64,000 nt of DNA from an uncultured Pseudomonadota bacterium (GCA_963847705.1 CAWKBC010000010.1:32001-96000), one strand, 5' to 3'; positions 10,371 through 22,133 are shown, counted from the stretch's first letter. The notes: generated by a model not told the origin, from the letters alone. Made by a program: numbers and translations.

Positions 10371-10436
10371 TCAAATCCGGGCCAACCGAGGCCCAAATCC
10401 CGGCCAAATCTGGTCCAAATCTCGTCCAAATCTGGC
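10371..10436. repeat. Six-unit 11-bp-period direct repeat (CCAAATCNNGN), intergenic
   Basis: tcaaatccggg/ccaaccgaggc/ccaaatcccgg/ccaaatctggt/ccaaatctcgt/ccaaatctggc, starting at 10371, 10382, 10393, 10404, 10415 and 10426. Confidence 0.85.
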
Positions 10437-10596
10437 CAGTGTCCTCACGGTCCCGATCGCCGCCAAAGTCGGTGTGGGTCAAGAAACTACGAGAGCCGCC
10501 GAATTCACAGGCAGTCATATCACTGATACGATGCCCGCCGACGCGTGCCCTGTTTTGCCCCTTTACGTCGATCCCACTGGTCACAAGGAGCCTTGA

Positions 10597-11787
10597 ATGA
10601 ACCGGCCGTTCCCTCGTTCTGAGGTCTTGGGCCTCACGGCCGCGCTTGCGCTGGCTGGCGCTTGTACCCCGAACACGTCGGTCAAACCGGGCGCGCCCGT
10701 GCTGACCGAAATGAAGCTGGTCGAAAACGGCAGCTCCGTCACCACCATCCCCGCGAACGTGGCCGAATGCCCCGCCACGGCGATCGGCGGCTCGGACGCC
10801 GGGATCAACGGCGGCATGTGCGACCCCTCCGTCTCCATCTGCCGCCTCACCAGCGCCAGCAACTGGTGCCGCTGCGTCCCCAACCCCGCGCCCGCCGCCC
10901 CCACGCCGCCCGGACCAAACTGTGTCGACGGTGGGCTGGTCGACGCGGGCACCCCCACCGTTGACGCCGGCGCCGCCGCCGATGCCGGCGCGGACGCCGC
11001 CGCCACCGATGCAGCCGCGCCGCTGGGCGGCAGCTGGAACTGCGGCCCCTTCTCACCCGACACGGCCGCCCTGTTCGTGTTCGACCGCCTGCTCGATACG
11101 GCGCCGCTCGGCGACGGCGCCGCCTCCAGCGTCACGGACCTCTCGACGTTCACCACCACGCCGCCGTCGGCGGCGGCGATCGCTCTGGGCGCCACCTACA
11201 ACTCGAACGGCTCGCCCAACGAGATCCTCTTCCCGCTGCTGGGTGACTTCTTCTCGGATGGCCCCGGCCTCTTCTTCGTGGCCCAACCCGCGCTCCCGGC
11301 GAGCTCCATCATCTCGATCACGCTCGACCCCACGAAGGTGCGCGCCAAGGACGGCAAGACCCCGTTCGCGGGCAGCGGGCTCCTCGACGGCTCGCTCGCC
11401 TTCACCACCGCCCCGTTCGGCGGCGCCGTCACCGCAACGCCCACCCCGCCGCCGCCGGCCGCCGATGCCGGCGTCTGCGCGCCGCCGCCCTCGACGGTGC
11501 CGCTCGACATGACACCCATCGTCCTCACCTTCAACAACCTCGTTGATCCCGCGGCGATCGGCGCGCACGTCACGCTCACCGCCACGCCGCTGGCCGGCGG
11601 CGCGGCGACCTCGATCGCGTTCACGGCCACGTCCGGCGACGGGCTGAACGTCAGCATCACGCCGAACGCCAACTGGCCGGCGAGCTCGATCATCAACTTC
11701 GCGCTCGACCCCACCGCCGCGGATCTCCTGGGCGAGACGATCGGCGCGCCCGGGCTCTCGGCCACCTTCACCACGAGCGCGATGTGA
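10597..11787 (+). CDS. Cys-rich lipoprotein with Ig-like domain(s)
   Basis: SD AAGGAG, lipobox LAGA-C, a Cys cluster, DAG linkers and a C-terminal Ig-like pattern (IVLTFNNLVDP...SITPNANW...FTT). Confidence 0.72.
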   Translation: MNRPFPRSEVLGLTAALALAGACTPNTSVKPGAPVLTEMKLVENGSSVTTIPANVAECPATAIGGSDAGINGGMCDPSVSICRLTSASNWCRCVPNPAPAAPTPPGPNCVDGGLVDAGTPTVDAGAAADAGADAAATDAAAPLGGSWNCGPFSPDTAALFVFDRLLDTAPLGDGAASSVTDLSTFTTTPPSAAAIALGATYNSNGSPNEILFPLLGDFFSDGPGLFFVAQPALPASSIISITLDPTKVRAKDGKTPFAGSGLLDGSLAFTTAPFGGAVTATPTPPPPAADAGVCAPPPSTVPLDMTPIVLTFNNLVDPAAIGAHVTLTATPLAGGAATSIAFTATSGDGLNVSITPNANWPASSIINFALDPTAADLLGETIGAPGLSATFTTSAM

Positions 11788-11837
11788 CTGGCGCCTTCAA
11801 GGTCTTGGCCAACCAAACGCACCGAAAGAGAGGACTG

Positions 11838-14800
11838 ATGATCCGGATTCGAATTGGTGCCGCGGCCCTCGGACTGGCAGCAGTGATGGCCGCCGGTGCG
11901 GCCCAGGCGCAGGAGACGACCGGGCGGGTGACCGGCCGGGTGACCGATCAGGACACGGGGCTGCCGCTCGGCGGCGTCACGGTGATCGTGGTCGGTCCCC
12001 AGGGAGAAGACGCCGTCATCACCACCGACAAGGGCGAGTACAGCTTCACCACGCTCCCGGTGGGGAGCTACGTCATCCGGTTCTACGCCGCGAACACGGC
12101 GACGCAGGTGGAGCAGCCCGGCGTCATCGTCTCCGCCGAAAAGACGGTCCGGGTGAACGCCAAGATCTCCGCCGCCGCGGCGGCCGCGGCCCAGCAGACC
12201 TACGTCATCGCCTCCAAGGCGCCGACCATCGACATCGGCAGCGCCCGCATCGAGTCCAACTTCGACGAGAAGTTCATGAACAACGTCCCCCTGGGACGCA
12301 CCTACGGCGACGTCATCGAGCGGGCGCCGGGCGCGTTCGTCGACGGCAGCGGCAACGTCTCGATCGGCGGCGCGACCGGCCTGGAGAACATCTACCTCGT
12401 CAACGGCCAAAACGTGACCGGCCTGCGCTACGGCAACCTGGAGAGCGGTGCGGCCAGCATCGGCGGAGGGTCGAACCTCCCGCTGGAGTTCCTCTCCCAG
12501 GTCAGCGTCAACAGCGGCGGCTATCAGGCCGAGTACGGCGGCGCGATGGGCGGCGTCATCAACACCGTCCTCAAATCGGGCTCCAACGAGTTCCACGGCA
12601 GCGCCTTTGGCTACTGGTCCCCCTACTGGCTCTCCGGCAATCCGAACGTCGTGCAGCCGGTGAACAGCGCCCTGGCCGGCGTGCGCAAGCCCGACTACGA
12701 CGACAGCATCGGCGCGGAGGTCGGCGGCCCGCTCATCAAGGACAAGCTGTTCTTCTGGGTCGGCTTTTCCCCCCGCATCACCGACCAGCACGTCCTGCGC
12801 CTGACCTACGCGCAGCAAGAGGATCCCAACAACCCCGGCCAGCCGACGCTCGGCGCCAACGGGCTCCCCGTCACCACGCAGACCGACTGGACGGCGCGCA
12901 TCCCCGAGACGCACCGGACCTACTTCTACGCCGGGACGCTCGACTGGCTCCCGCTCCCCGACAACAAGCTGACCCTCAGCATCGTCGGCACGCCCAGCTT
13001 CAACCAGGAGCTCAAGAGCCAGTACGGGATCAACAGCTACGCCTCCGACCCGCAGTCGGCCGTCGAGTCGTTGACCCGGGCCAACACCGACGTGGTCGCG
13101 CACTGGGTCTCCAAGCTCTACGACCGCCGCTGGCAGCTCGACATCCTGGCCGGCATGCACAACGAATATCTCTACGACCGTTCGCCCTACTCCGCGCTCA
13201 ACAACCAGAACGAGGTCCAGTACGGCGGGGCGAACCTGTGGGATCTGGAGCATGCCACCGGCTGCCAGCCCACCGCCATGAACCTGGCCGACAACTTCCA
13301 GCCCTGCCCGGTGAGCCCGTTCTACCAGGCCGGCGGCTTCGGCGAGATCGACAAGTACACCGGGTACCGCTGGACGGGCGAGGTCAAGTCGACGCACATC
13401 ATCGAAGCCGGGGGCCACAACGAGCTCAAGTGGGGCTGGCACCTGGAGGTGGGGACGTTCGACCTGCAGCGCTCCTACTCGGGAACGGCTGGCAACCACG
13501 CCTTCTCGCAGATCTTCTTCCCCGGCAACGCCAGCGGCCTCCCCGGAAACCTCTACAATTCGACGACGTTCTTCGGGCTGGCGCCCGGCGAGACGCCCGC
13601 CACGCCCAACCTGGATCTGACCGGCGCGGACTACAAGGACCAGCTCGACGCCTACGTGAAGAGCATCTCCAACGCCTTCTTCGTGCAGGACAGCTACAGC
13701 CCGGACAAGCTTCGCAACCTCACGCTCAACGCCGGTGTTCGGCTGGAGCTTCAAAAGATCTACGACTCGAACGGCTCGCCGTTCCTCAGCACCGACAACC
13801 TGTCGCCTCGGCTGAGCGTCGTCTACGACCCGTTCAACGACGGGCGGTCCAAGCTGTCGGTCGCCTACGGCCGCTTCTACGAGGCGGTCCCGCTGGACAT
13901 CGCCGCCCGCTACTTCGGCGGCGAGAACACCGTGCAGCAGTATGGCTTTCTGGCCAACTGCCCCGGCAACACCTCCAACGGGTACAACTGGACCGGCGCC
14001 GGCGAGTACGCGAAGTGCGGGACTCCGCTCGGCACCGCCCCGCTCTTCAACAGCGAAACCGCCCAGGCGAACCTCCAGGGCCAGTACCACAACGAGATCG
14101 TCGCCACCGCCGAGCGCCAGATCATGGACGACATGACCCTGCGCCTCGACTACCAGCACCGCTGGCTGGGGAACATCATCGAGGACGGCTACGGCCCCGG
14201 TTACGAGAACGGCGTGCTGGCCAACCCGGGCAACATCCCCCAGTCCGCGCTCGACGCCGCCAGCCACACGCTGATGCAGGCGCAGGCGGCCGCGGCGGCG
14301 AACCCCAATGACCCCGCCGCCCAGGCGGCGGCCGCGACCGCGCAGTACAACCTCGGCACGCTGCAGAACTTTGCCAATGCCCCCAAGCCGGAGCGCAACT
14401 ACGACGCCATCACCGTCTCCTTGAACAAGCGGTTCTCCAAGGAGTGGCAGGCCCGGGCCGCTTATACCTACTCGCGGCTGATCGGGAACTATCAGGGCCT
14501 CTATCAACAGGAGACCAACTACATCGCTCCGAACGGCGGCAACGCCTACGACTTCAACGAGCTGAACGTCAACCAGAACGGCCCTCTTCCCAACGATCGG
14601 CCGCACCTCTTCAAGCTCGACGGCTTCTACCGCCACCCCCTCGGCAAGGGGATGGTGACGTTCGGCCTCTCGTTCACCGCGCAGTCGGGCACGCCGCGCA
14701 ACTACTTCGGGAACCTCCAGCCGGGCACCGCGTACCAGCTCGTCCTGTTGTTGCCGCGCGGCGACGCGGGGCGCACGCCCACCGTCACCCAGTTCAACGG

Positions 14801-15071
14801 AAAGCTCGCCTACGCGCGGCCGATCGGAACCAAGATGACGCTCGAAGGGTTCCTCGACCTCTTCAACATCTTCAACCAGCAGACGGCGATCCTGACCGAC
14901 GACAACTACACGTTCGACGCCGCCCCGCCCATCGCCAACGGCACGCAGCAGGACCTGAAGTTCGCCAAGACCGTGGGCGGTGGCCCCATCACCAAGAACC
15001 CGAACTTCGGTCAACCGCTGGCCTACCAGGATCCCTTCAGCGCCCGCCTCGGCCTGCGGCTGACGTTTTAG
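11838..15071 (+). CDS. Oar-like TonB-dependent transporter with N-terminal carboxypeptidase-regulatory-like domain
   Basis: SD GAGAGGA, signal peptide, GRVTGRVTD, GGYQAEYGGAMGGVINTVLKSGSNEFHGS, LTLNAGVR, SPRLS, C-terminal RLGLRLTF. Confidence 0.92.
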   Translation: MIRIRIGAAALGLAAVMAAGAAQAQETTGRVTGRVTDQDTGLPLGGVTVIVVGPQGEDAVITTDKGEYSFTTLPVGSYVIRFYAANTATQVEQPGVIVSAEKTVRVNAKISAAAAAAAQQTYVIASKAPTIDIGSARIESNFDEKFMNNVPLGRTYGDVIERAPGAFVDGSGNVSIGGATGLENIYLVNGQNVTGLRYGNLESGAASIGGGSNLPLEFLSQVSVNSGGYQAEYGGAMGGVINTVLKSGSNEFHGSAFGYWSPYWLSGNPNVVQPVNSALAGVRKPDYDDSIGAEVGGPLIKDKLFFWVGFSPRITDQHVLRLTYAQQEDPNNPGQPTLGANGLPVTTQTDWTARIPETHRTYFYAGTLDWLPLPDNKLTLSIVGTPSFNQELKSQYGINSYASDPQSAVESLTRANTDVVAHWVSKLYDRRWQLDILAGMHNEYLYDRSPYSALNNQNEVQYGGANLWDLEHATGCQPTAMNLADNFQPCPVSPFYQAGGFGEIDKYTGYRWTGEVKSTHIIEAGGHNELKWGWHLEVGTFDLQRSYSGTAGNHAFSQIFFPGNASGLPGNLYNSTTFFGLAPGETPATPNLDLTGADYKDQLDAYVKSISNAFFVQDSYSPDKLRNLTLNAGVRLELQKIYDSNGSPFLSTDNLSPRLSVVYDPFNDGRSKLSVAYGRFYEAVPLDIAARYFGGENTVQQYGFLANCPGNTSNGYNWTGAGEYAKCGTPLGTAPLFNSETAQANLQGQYHNEIVATAERQIMDDMTLRLDYQHRWLGNIIEDGYGPGYENGVLANPGNIPQSALDAASHTLMQAQAAAAANPNDPAAQAAAATAQYNLGTLQNFANAPKPERNYDAITVSLNKRFSKEWQARAAYTYSRLIGNYQGLYQQETNYIAPNGGNAYDFNELNVNQNGPLPNDRPHLFKLDGFYRHPLGKGMVTFGLSFTAQSGTPRNYFGNLQPGTAYQLVLLLPRGDAGRTPTVTQFNGKLAYARPIGTKMTLEGFLDLFNIFNQQTAILTDDNYTFDAAPPIANGTQQDLKFAKTVGGGPITKNPNFGQPLAYQDPFSARLGLRLTF

Positions 15072-15169
15072 GACCCGCGGCCGAGGCCGGGACGACCTGA
15101 CCGACCGACGGCCGGGCGCCGCCGGTTGAGGGCGGGAAATCGCGGGCGGGGGCTGGCACTCGGCTCGCA

Positions 15170-16684
<1,515 letters not shown>

Positions 16685-16699
<15 letters not shown>

Positions 16700-16730
16700 A
16701 CCCGCTTGAACCCGTGACCGCTTGAACCCG
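16685..16730. repeat. Short direct repeats between comM and recA
   Basis: cccgtgaccgcttgaa / cccgcttgaa / cccgtgaccgcttgaa / cccg, giving three copies of CCGCTTGAACCCG. Confidence 0.85.
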
Positions 16731-16750
16731 ACCAATCAAAAGGAGAGACC

Positions 16751-17797
16751 ATGTCCAGCATCAAAGAGAAAATGAAGGCCGTGGCGGGCGCGATTGCCGC
16801 CATCGAAAAGCAGTTCGGCAAGGGAGCGATCATGTCCCTCGACGGCGGCGAGATCGAGGCGATCGGCGTCATCCCCACCGGCTCCGTCGGCCTCGACGTC
16901 GCGCTCGGCGTGGGCGGTCTGCCGCGCGGGCGGGTGATCGAGATCTACGGGCCCGAGTCGTCGGGGAAGACCACGCTGACGCTGCAGGCGATCGCCCAGG
17001 CCCAGCGCGCCGGCGGCGTCTGCGCCTTCATCGACGCCGAGCACGCGCTGGACGTCGGCTACGCCCGCAAGCTGGGCGTCCGCACCGAGGAGCTGCTGGT
17101 GTCGCAGCCCGACCACGGCGAGCAGGCGCTGGAGATCGCCGACAAGCTGGTGGGCACCGGCGCCGTCGATCTGATCGTGATCGACTCGGTGGCGGCGCTG
17201 GTGCCCAAGGCGGAGATCGAGGGGGAGATGGGGGACGCGCACATGGGGCTGCAGGCGCGGCTCATGAGCCAGGCGCTGCGCAAGCTGACCGCCGCGACCG
17301 CCAGGAACAACACGGCCGTCATCTTCATCAACCAGCTTCGACAGAAGATCGGCGTGGTCTACGGCAACCCGGAGACCACCACCGGCGGCAACGCGCTGAA
17401 GTTCTACGCCTCGGTGCGGCTCGACATCCGCAAGATCGGCGTGGTCAAGAACGGCGACCAGGTGGTGGGCAACCACGCCCGCGTCAAGGTGGTGAAGAAC
17501 AAGGTCGCGCCGCCCTTTCGGGAGGCCGAGTTCGACATCCTCTACGGCGTCGGCGTCAACGCCCCCGGCGAGGTCGTCGACCTGGCGTCGGCCGCCGGCC
17601 TGTTCGAGAAGGCGGGCGCCTTCTATTCGTTCCGCGGCGAGCGGATCGGCCAGGGGCGCGACAAGGCCAGCGCCTACGTCGCCGAGCACCCGGAGATCGC
17701 CGAGGAGGTCCGACGGCTCCTGCTGGAGGCCCGCAAGGCGGAGAACGCCGCCCTCGGCGCGCCGGTAGCACCGGCGGTGCAGGCGCAGGCCGCCTGA
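16751..17797 (+). CDS. recA: Recombinase A
   Basis: SD AAGGAG; [50 protein letters not shown]. Confidence 0.99.
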   Translation: MSSIKEKMKAVAGAIAAIEKQFGKGAIMSLDGGEIEAIGVIPTGSVGLDVALGVGGLPRGRVIEIYGPESSGKTTLTLQAIAQAQRAGGVCAFIDAEHALDVGYARKLGVRTEELLVSQPDHGEQALEIADKLVGTGAVDLIVIDSVAALVPKAEIEGEMGDAHMGLQARLMSQALRKLTAATARNNTAVIFINQLRQKIGVVYGNPETTTGGNALKFYASVRLDIRKIGVVKNGDQVVGNHARVKVVKNKVAPPFREAEFDILYGVGVNAPGEVVDLASAAGLFEKAGAFYSFRGERIGQGRDKASAYVAEHPEIAEEVRRLLLEARKAENAALGAPVAPAVQAQAA

Positions 17798-17825
17798 CGC
17801 CCAGGGGTCGCGCGCGCCCGTCGAG

Positions 17826-19763
17826 CTAGGCCGCGGCCGGCGCCGCGAACTGTGCGTGATAGAGGGTGTGGTACGCGCCACCGGCGCCGAGCAGCTGCTC
17901 GTGCGTGCCCTGCTCGACGATCTTGCCGTGCTCCATCACCAGGATGAGATCGGCGTCGCGAATCGTCGAGAGCCGGTGGGCGATCACGAAGCTGGTGCGG
18001 CCCTCGCGCAGCGTCGCCATCGCGCGCTGGACCAGCACGTCGGTGCGCGTGTCGACCGACGACGTCGCCTCGTCCAGGATCAGGATCGCCGGCTCCGCCA
18101 GGAACGCGCGCGCGATGGTGATCAGCTGCTTCTCGCCGGCCGACAGGTTCGAGCTCTCCTCGTCGAGCACGGTGTCGTAGCCGGCCGGCAGCGCCCGCAC
18201 GAACCTGTCGACGTAGGTCGCCTTCGCGGCCGCCAGCATGTCGTCCAGGGTCGCCGTCGGATGGCCGTACATGATGTTGTCGCGGATCGTGCCCCCGAAC
18301 AGCCAGGTGTCCTGCAGCACCATGCCGAACTGCCTGCGGACGTCGCGCCGCGGCACCGACGCGATGTCGATGCCGTCGATCCGGATGGCGCCGCCCGCGA
18401 GATCGTAGAACCGCATCAGCAGGTTCACCAGCGTGGTCTTGCCCGCGCCGGTCGGCCCGACGATGGCGATGGTCTGACCGGGCTGCGCGACCAGCGACAG
18501 GTGCTCGATGAGCGGCACCTCGGGCTTGTAGCGGAAGCTGACGTCGTCGAACCGGACTTCGCCTCGGACTTGGCCTCGGACCTCGCCGCCCGGCGACGCC
18601 GCCAGCTCCTCGGCGCTGCGATCGGGGGACTGATCGGGCTCGTCGAGGAGCTCGAACACGCGCTCCGCCGAGGCCACGCCCGATTGCAAGACGTTCGCCA
18701 CCTGCGCCAGCTGCGACAGGTTCTGGGTGAACTGGCGCGAGTACTGAATGAACGCCTGCACGCTGCCGAGCAGCATCGCGCCCGTGGCGACGCGCAGGCC
18801 GCCCACCACGGCGATCGCCACGTAGTTGAGGTTCCCCACGAAGGTGATCGCCGGCATGATCAGACTGGAGATGAACTGCGCCCTGAACCCGGCCTCGAAC
18901 AGCTCGTCGTTCTTCGCGCGGAACCGCTCCTCGACCTGGCGGCGCCGGCCGAACACCTTGACCAGCGCGTGGCCGGTGAACGCCTCCTCGATCTGGCCGT
19001 TCAGCGCGCCGACGTGCTTCCACTGCGCGATGAAGCCCTTCTGAGCGCGCTTGCCGATCTTGGCGGTGATCAGGATCGACAGCGGCACCGTGACGAGCGC
19101 GATCACCGCGAGGAGCGGCGAGATCACGACCAGCATCACCAGCACGCCGAGCACCGTCATCGTCGCCGTCACGATCTGGCTCATCGTCTGCTGCAGGCCC
19201 GCCGCAACGTTCTCGATGTCGTTGGTGACACGCGAGAGCACCTCGCCATGGGGCTGGCGATCGAAGTAGGCCAGCGGCACGCGCATCAGCTTCGCGTCGA
19301 CCTCGGCGCGCAGGCGGTTGACCACGCGCTGCACGAGGTGGTTGAGGATGTAGCCCTGCAGCCACATGAACGCGGCGGCGCCCGCGTAGAGCGCCATCAC
19401 CCGCGCGAGCACGCCGGCGAGCTCGCCGAAGTCGATGCCCTGCCCCACCCGCACGTGCATCGCCCGCACGAGGTCGGTCGAATTCGTGCCCGCCGAGCGC
19501 GATCCAAGGTAGCCCTTGAAGATGATGTCGGTGGCGTGCCCGAGCATCCTCGGGCCCGACACCATGAACGCGACCGAGACGATGCAGCAGGCCAGCACCG
19601 CGACCACCAGCCCGCGATGCGGCACCAGCAGGCCGAGAAGCCGGCGCCCGGAGCCCTTGAAGTTCTTGGCCTTCTGGGGCGGGCCCATCATGGCGCCCAT
19701 CGGACCGCGCATCGCGGGGCCGATCGGGCGTGGCGCCGGAGGCGCGGGGCGGCTGGTGCTCAC
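17826..19763 (-). CDS. Heterodimeric ABC exporter subunit (canonical Walker B and H-loop)
   Basis: TMD plus NBD with GPTGAGKT, LSAGEKQ, LILDEATSS and IAHRLST; GTGA coupling to the upstream gene. Confidence 0.92.
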   Translation of the reverse strand: MSTSRPAPPAPRPIGPAMRGPMGAMMGPPQKAKNFKGSGRRLLGLLVPHRGLVVAVLACCIVSVAFMVSGPRMLGHATDIIFKGYLGSRSAGTNSTDLVRAMHVRVGQGIDFGELAGVLARVMALYAGAAAFMWLQGYILNHLVQRVVNRLRAEVDAKLMRVPLAYFDRQPHGEVLSRVTNDIENVAAGLQQTMSQIVTATMTVLGVLVMLVVISPLLAVIALVTVPLSILITAKIGKRAQKGFIAQWKHVGALNGQIEEAFTGHALVKVFGRRRQVEERFRAKNDELFEAGFRAQFISSLIMPAITFVGNLNYVAIAVVGGLRVATGAMLLGSVQAFIQYSRQFTQNLSQLAQVANVLQSGVASAERVFELLDEPDQSPDRSAEELAASPGGEVRGQVRGEVRFDDVSFRYKPEVPLIEHLSLVAQPGQTIAIVGPTGAGKTTLVNLLMRFYDLAGGAIRIDGIDIASVPRRDVRRQFGMVLQDTWLFGGTIRDNIMYGHPTATLDDMLAAAKATYVDRFVRALPAGYDTVLDEESSNLSAGEKQLITIARAFLAEPAILILDEATSSVDTRTDVLVQRAMATLREGRTSFVIAHRLSTIRDADLILVMEHGKIVEQGTHEQLLGAGGAYHTLYHAQFAAPAAA

Positions 19764-21496
19764 GCCGCCGCCTCGTCCTGCTCGGTCTGCGATTCGACGA
19801 TCTCCGCATACGGCGGGCAGGTCGCGACGAGCTGCGCATGCGTGCCCTTGCCGACGAGCTTGCCGGCGTCGAGCACCAGGATCTGATGCGCGTGGCGGAT
19901 GCTCGCCACCCGCTGCGCGACGAGGATCACCGTCGCCTTGGCCAGCCGCGGTGCGATCGCCGCGCGCAACCTCGCCTCGGTCGCCAGGTCGAGCGCCGAG
20001 AACGCGTCGTCGAACAGGTACACGGCCGGCTCGCGCAAGAGGGCGCGCGCGATCGCCAGCCGCTGGCGCTGGCCGCCGGAGACGTTGGTCCCGCCCTGGG
20101 CGATCGGCGCCTCCAGCTGCTGGGGCATCGCGCGCACGAAGTCCGCACCCTGCGCGAGCTCGAGGGCGGCCCACAGCTCGTCATCGGTCGCCTCGGGGTT
20201 GCCGAACCGGAGGTTCGAAGCGACGGTGCCCGTGAACAGGTACGACCGCTGCGGCACCATCCCGATCCGCGCCCACAGCTCCTCGGGCGCGCGCTGGCGG
20301 ACGTCGACCCCGTCGAGCAGGACGGTGCCGGCCGTGGTGTCGGAGAGCCGCGGGATGAGGTCCAGCATCGTGCTCTTGCCCGCACCGGTTGCGCCGATGA
20401 TCGCGGTGACCTGGCCCGGCCTGGCGACGAACGAGATGTCGGCGAGCACCGGCACGGCGGCGCCCGGATAGCGGAACTCCACGCCGCGCAGCTCGACCAC
20501 GCGCGTGAGCTCGGCGGGCACGATCGGCGCGGCCGGCGGCGCGATCTCCGGCCTGGTGTCGAGCACCTCGACGATGCGCTCGGCGCACACGGCGGCACGC
20601 GGGATCATGATCGACATGAACGACGCCATCATCACGCCCACCAGGATCTGCATCAGATAGCCGAGGAACGCCGTGAGGGCGCCGATCTCCAGCGAGCCGG
20701 CGGCGATCCGGTGACTGCCCAACCACAAGAGCGCGACGCTCGAGGCGTTGAACACCAGCGTCATGGTCGGCCAGATCAGCGCCTGGAGCTTGCCGGCCTG
20801 CAACGCGGTCGCCGTGAGGTCGTCGTTCGCGCCCGCGAACCGGGCGGCCTCCGCCGGCTCGCGCACGAACGCCCGCACCACCCGCATACCGGTGATCTGC
20901 TCGCGCAGCACCCGGTTCACGGTGTCGATCTTCGGCTGCATGAGCCGGAACTTCGGGATCATCCGGCCGATGATGAGGCCGATGCTGCCGGCCATCGCCG
21001 GGATGCACACCAGCAGGAGCTTCGACAGCCCCAGGTTCTCGCGCAGCGCCATCACGATCCCGCCGACACACATGATCGGCGCCACCACCAGCATCGTCAT
21101 GCTCGTGAGCACCAGCGTCTGCACCTGCTGGACGTCGTTGGTCGTGCGGGTGATCAGCGACGGCGCGCCGAACTTGCCGACCTCGCGCGCCGACAGCTTG
21201 CCGACGTGATGAAAGATCCCGCCGCGCAGGTCGCGGCCGTAGGCCATGGCGACGCGTGCGCCGAGGTACACCGCGCAGAACGAGCAGGCGATCTGGCCCA
21301 TCGCGATGGCCAGCATCATCCCGCCGCGCACGAGGATGTAGGTGGTGTCGCCGGTGGCGACGCCCTTGTCGATGATGTGCCCGTTGATGCTCGGAAGGTA
21401 GAGCGACGCGATCGTGCTGGCGAGCTGGAGCAACACGACCAGCCCCAGCTGGGTATGAAACGGGGCCAGGTAGGTCCGGAGCAAGCGCCAGAGCAT
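19760..21496 (-). CDS. Heterodimeric ABC exporter subunit (degenerate Walker B and H-loop)
   Basis: GATGAGKS, VSGGQRQR, YLFDD (E to D) and VAQR (H to Q), as in TM287-type subunits. Confidence 0.92.
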   Translation of the reverse strand: MLWRLLRTYLAPFHTQLGLVVLLQLASTIASLYLPSINGHIIDKGVATGDTTYILVRGGMMLAIAMGQIACSFCAVYLGARVAMAYGRDLRGGIFHHVGKLSAREVGKFGAPSLITRTTNDVQQVQTLVLTSMTMLVVAPIMCVGGIVMALRENLGLSKLLLVCIPAMAGSIGLIIGRMIPKFRLMQPKIDTVNRVLREQITGMRVVRAFVREPAEAARFAGANDDLTATALQAGKLQALIWPTMTLVFNASSVALLWLGSHRIAAGSLEIGALTAFLGYLMQILVGVMMASFMSIMIPRAAVCAERIVEVLDTRPEIAPPAAPIVPAELTRVVELRGVEFRYPGAAVPVLADISFVARPGQVTAIIGATGAGKSTMLDLIPRLSDTTAGTVLLDGVDVRQRAPEELWARIGMVPQRSYLFTGTVASNLRFGNPEATDDELWAALELAQGADFVRAMPQQLEAPIAQGGTNVSGGQRQRLAIARALLREPAVYLFDDAFSALDLATEARLRAAIAPRLAKATVILVAQRVASIRHAHQILVLDAGKLVGKGTHAQLVATCPPYAEIVESQTEQDEAAA

Positions 21497-21519
21497 CAGG
21501 TCTCCTTCAGGTCTCTTCG

Positions 21520-22101
21520 TCAGGCGTCTTCGTCGCGGGCGCGGATGCCGTCGAGCAGCAGCGTCACGATCTCGTGCGGGGTCATCGGTTTGTCGGTGAG
21601 CCGCGGGTGCGTGCCCGCAAACGCGGTCGCCCGCAGGAACCTCGCCGCTTCCTCGGGCGCACAGCGGATCTCGTCGCGGTGGGGCTCGAACAGCTTCGCG
21701 AGCGCGGCGCGCAGCCGCGAGTCGTCGACCTGCGGCGGTGACGGCCGGCGCGCCTCGGGCGGCGCCGTGAGACCGAGCATCGAGATCAGCTGCCAGACCT
21801 CGCCGACGCGACGCTGCAGCATCTCGATCGCGGCGATCAGCTTGTCGCGCAGCGGCAGCAGGGAATCGATCCGCGCGACCGCCGCTTCGTCCGAGGTCGG
21901 ATCGAACACGCTGGCGACCGCCGCGGAGATCAGCGCCTCCTTGTCGGGAAAGACGCGGAACAGGGTCCCCTCCGCGACGCCGGCGGCGAGCGCGATCTGC
22001 GACGTCGTGACCTCCCGCCCGTAGAGGCGCAGGAGCGGCAGCGTGGCCGCGATGATGCTCGCGCGACGCGCATCGGGAGAGAGCGGAGCCGCGCGAACCA
22101 T
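21520..22101 (-). CDS. TetR/AcrR family regulator
   Basis: HTH TTSQIALAAGVAEGTLFRVFPDKEAL. Confidence 0.92.
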   Translation of the reverse strand: MVRAAPLSPDARRASIIAATLPLLRLYGREVTTSQIALAAGVAEGTLFRVFPDKEALISAAVASVFDPTSDEAAVARIDSLLPLRDKLIAAIEMLQRRVGEVWQLISMLGLTAPPEARRPSPPQVDDSRLRAALAKLFEPHRDEIRCAPEEAARFLRATAFAGTHPRLTDKPMTPHEIVTLLLDGIRARDEDA

Positions 22102-22117
22102 GTCGTCCTATTTAACT

Positions 22118-22133
22118 GAGTGAGCGCTCACTC
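22118..22133. promoter_or_regulatory. Perfect 16-bp palindrome, likely TetR operator
   Basis: GAGTGAGC|GCTCACTC lies 17 bp upstream of the tetR start. Confidence 0.7.

Noticed and set aside
10371-10436. CRISPR array (also considered for 840-920 and 16685-16730)
   Set aside because: Units are 10-16 bp with no unique spacers, and there are no cas genes.
11196-15014. 1272-aa minus-strand ORF and other long antisense ORFs (e.g. 53025-55463, 29811-32009, 19730-22024)
   Set aside because: These are shadow frames of real genes in high-GC DNA and contain no recognisable motifs.
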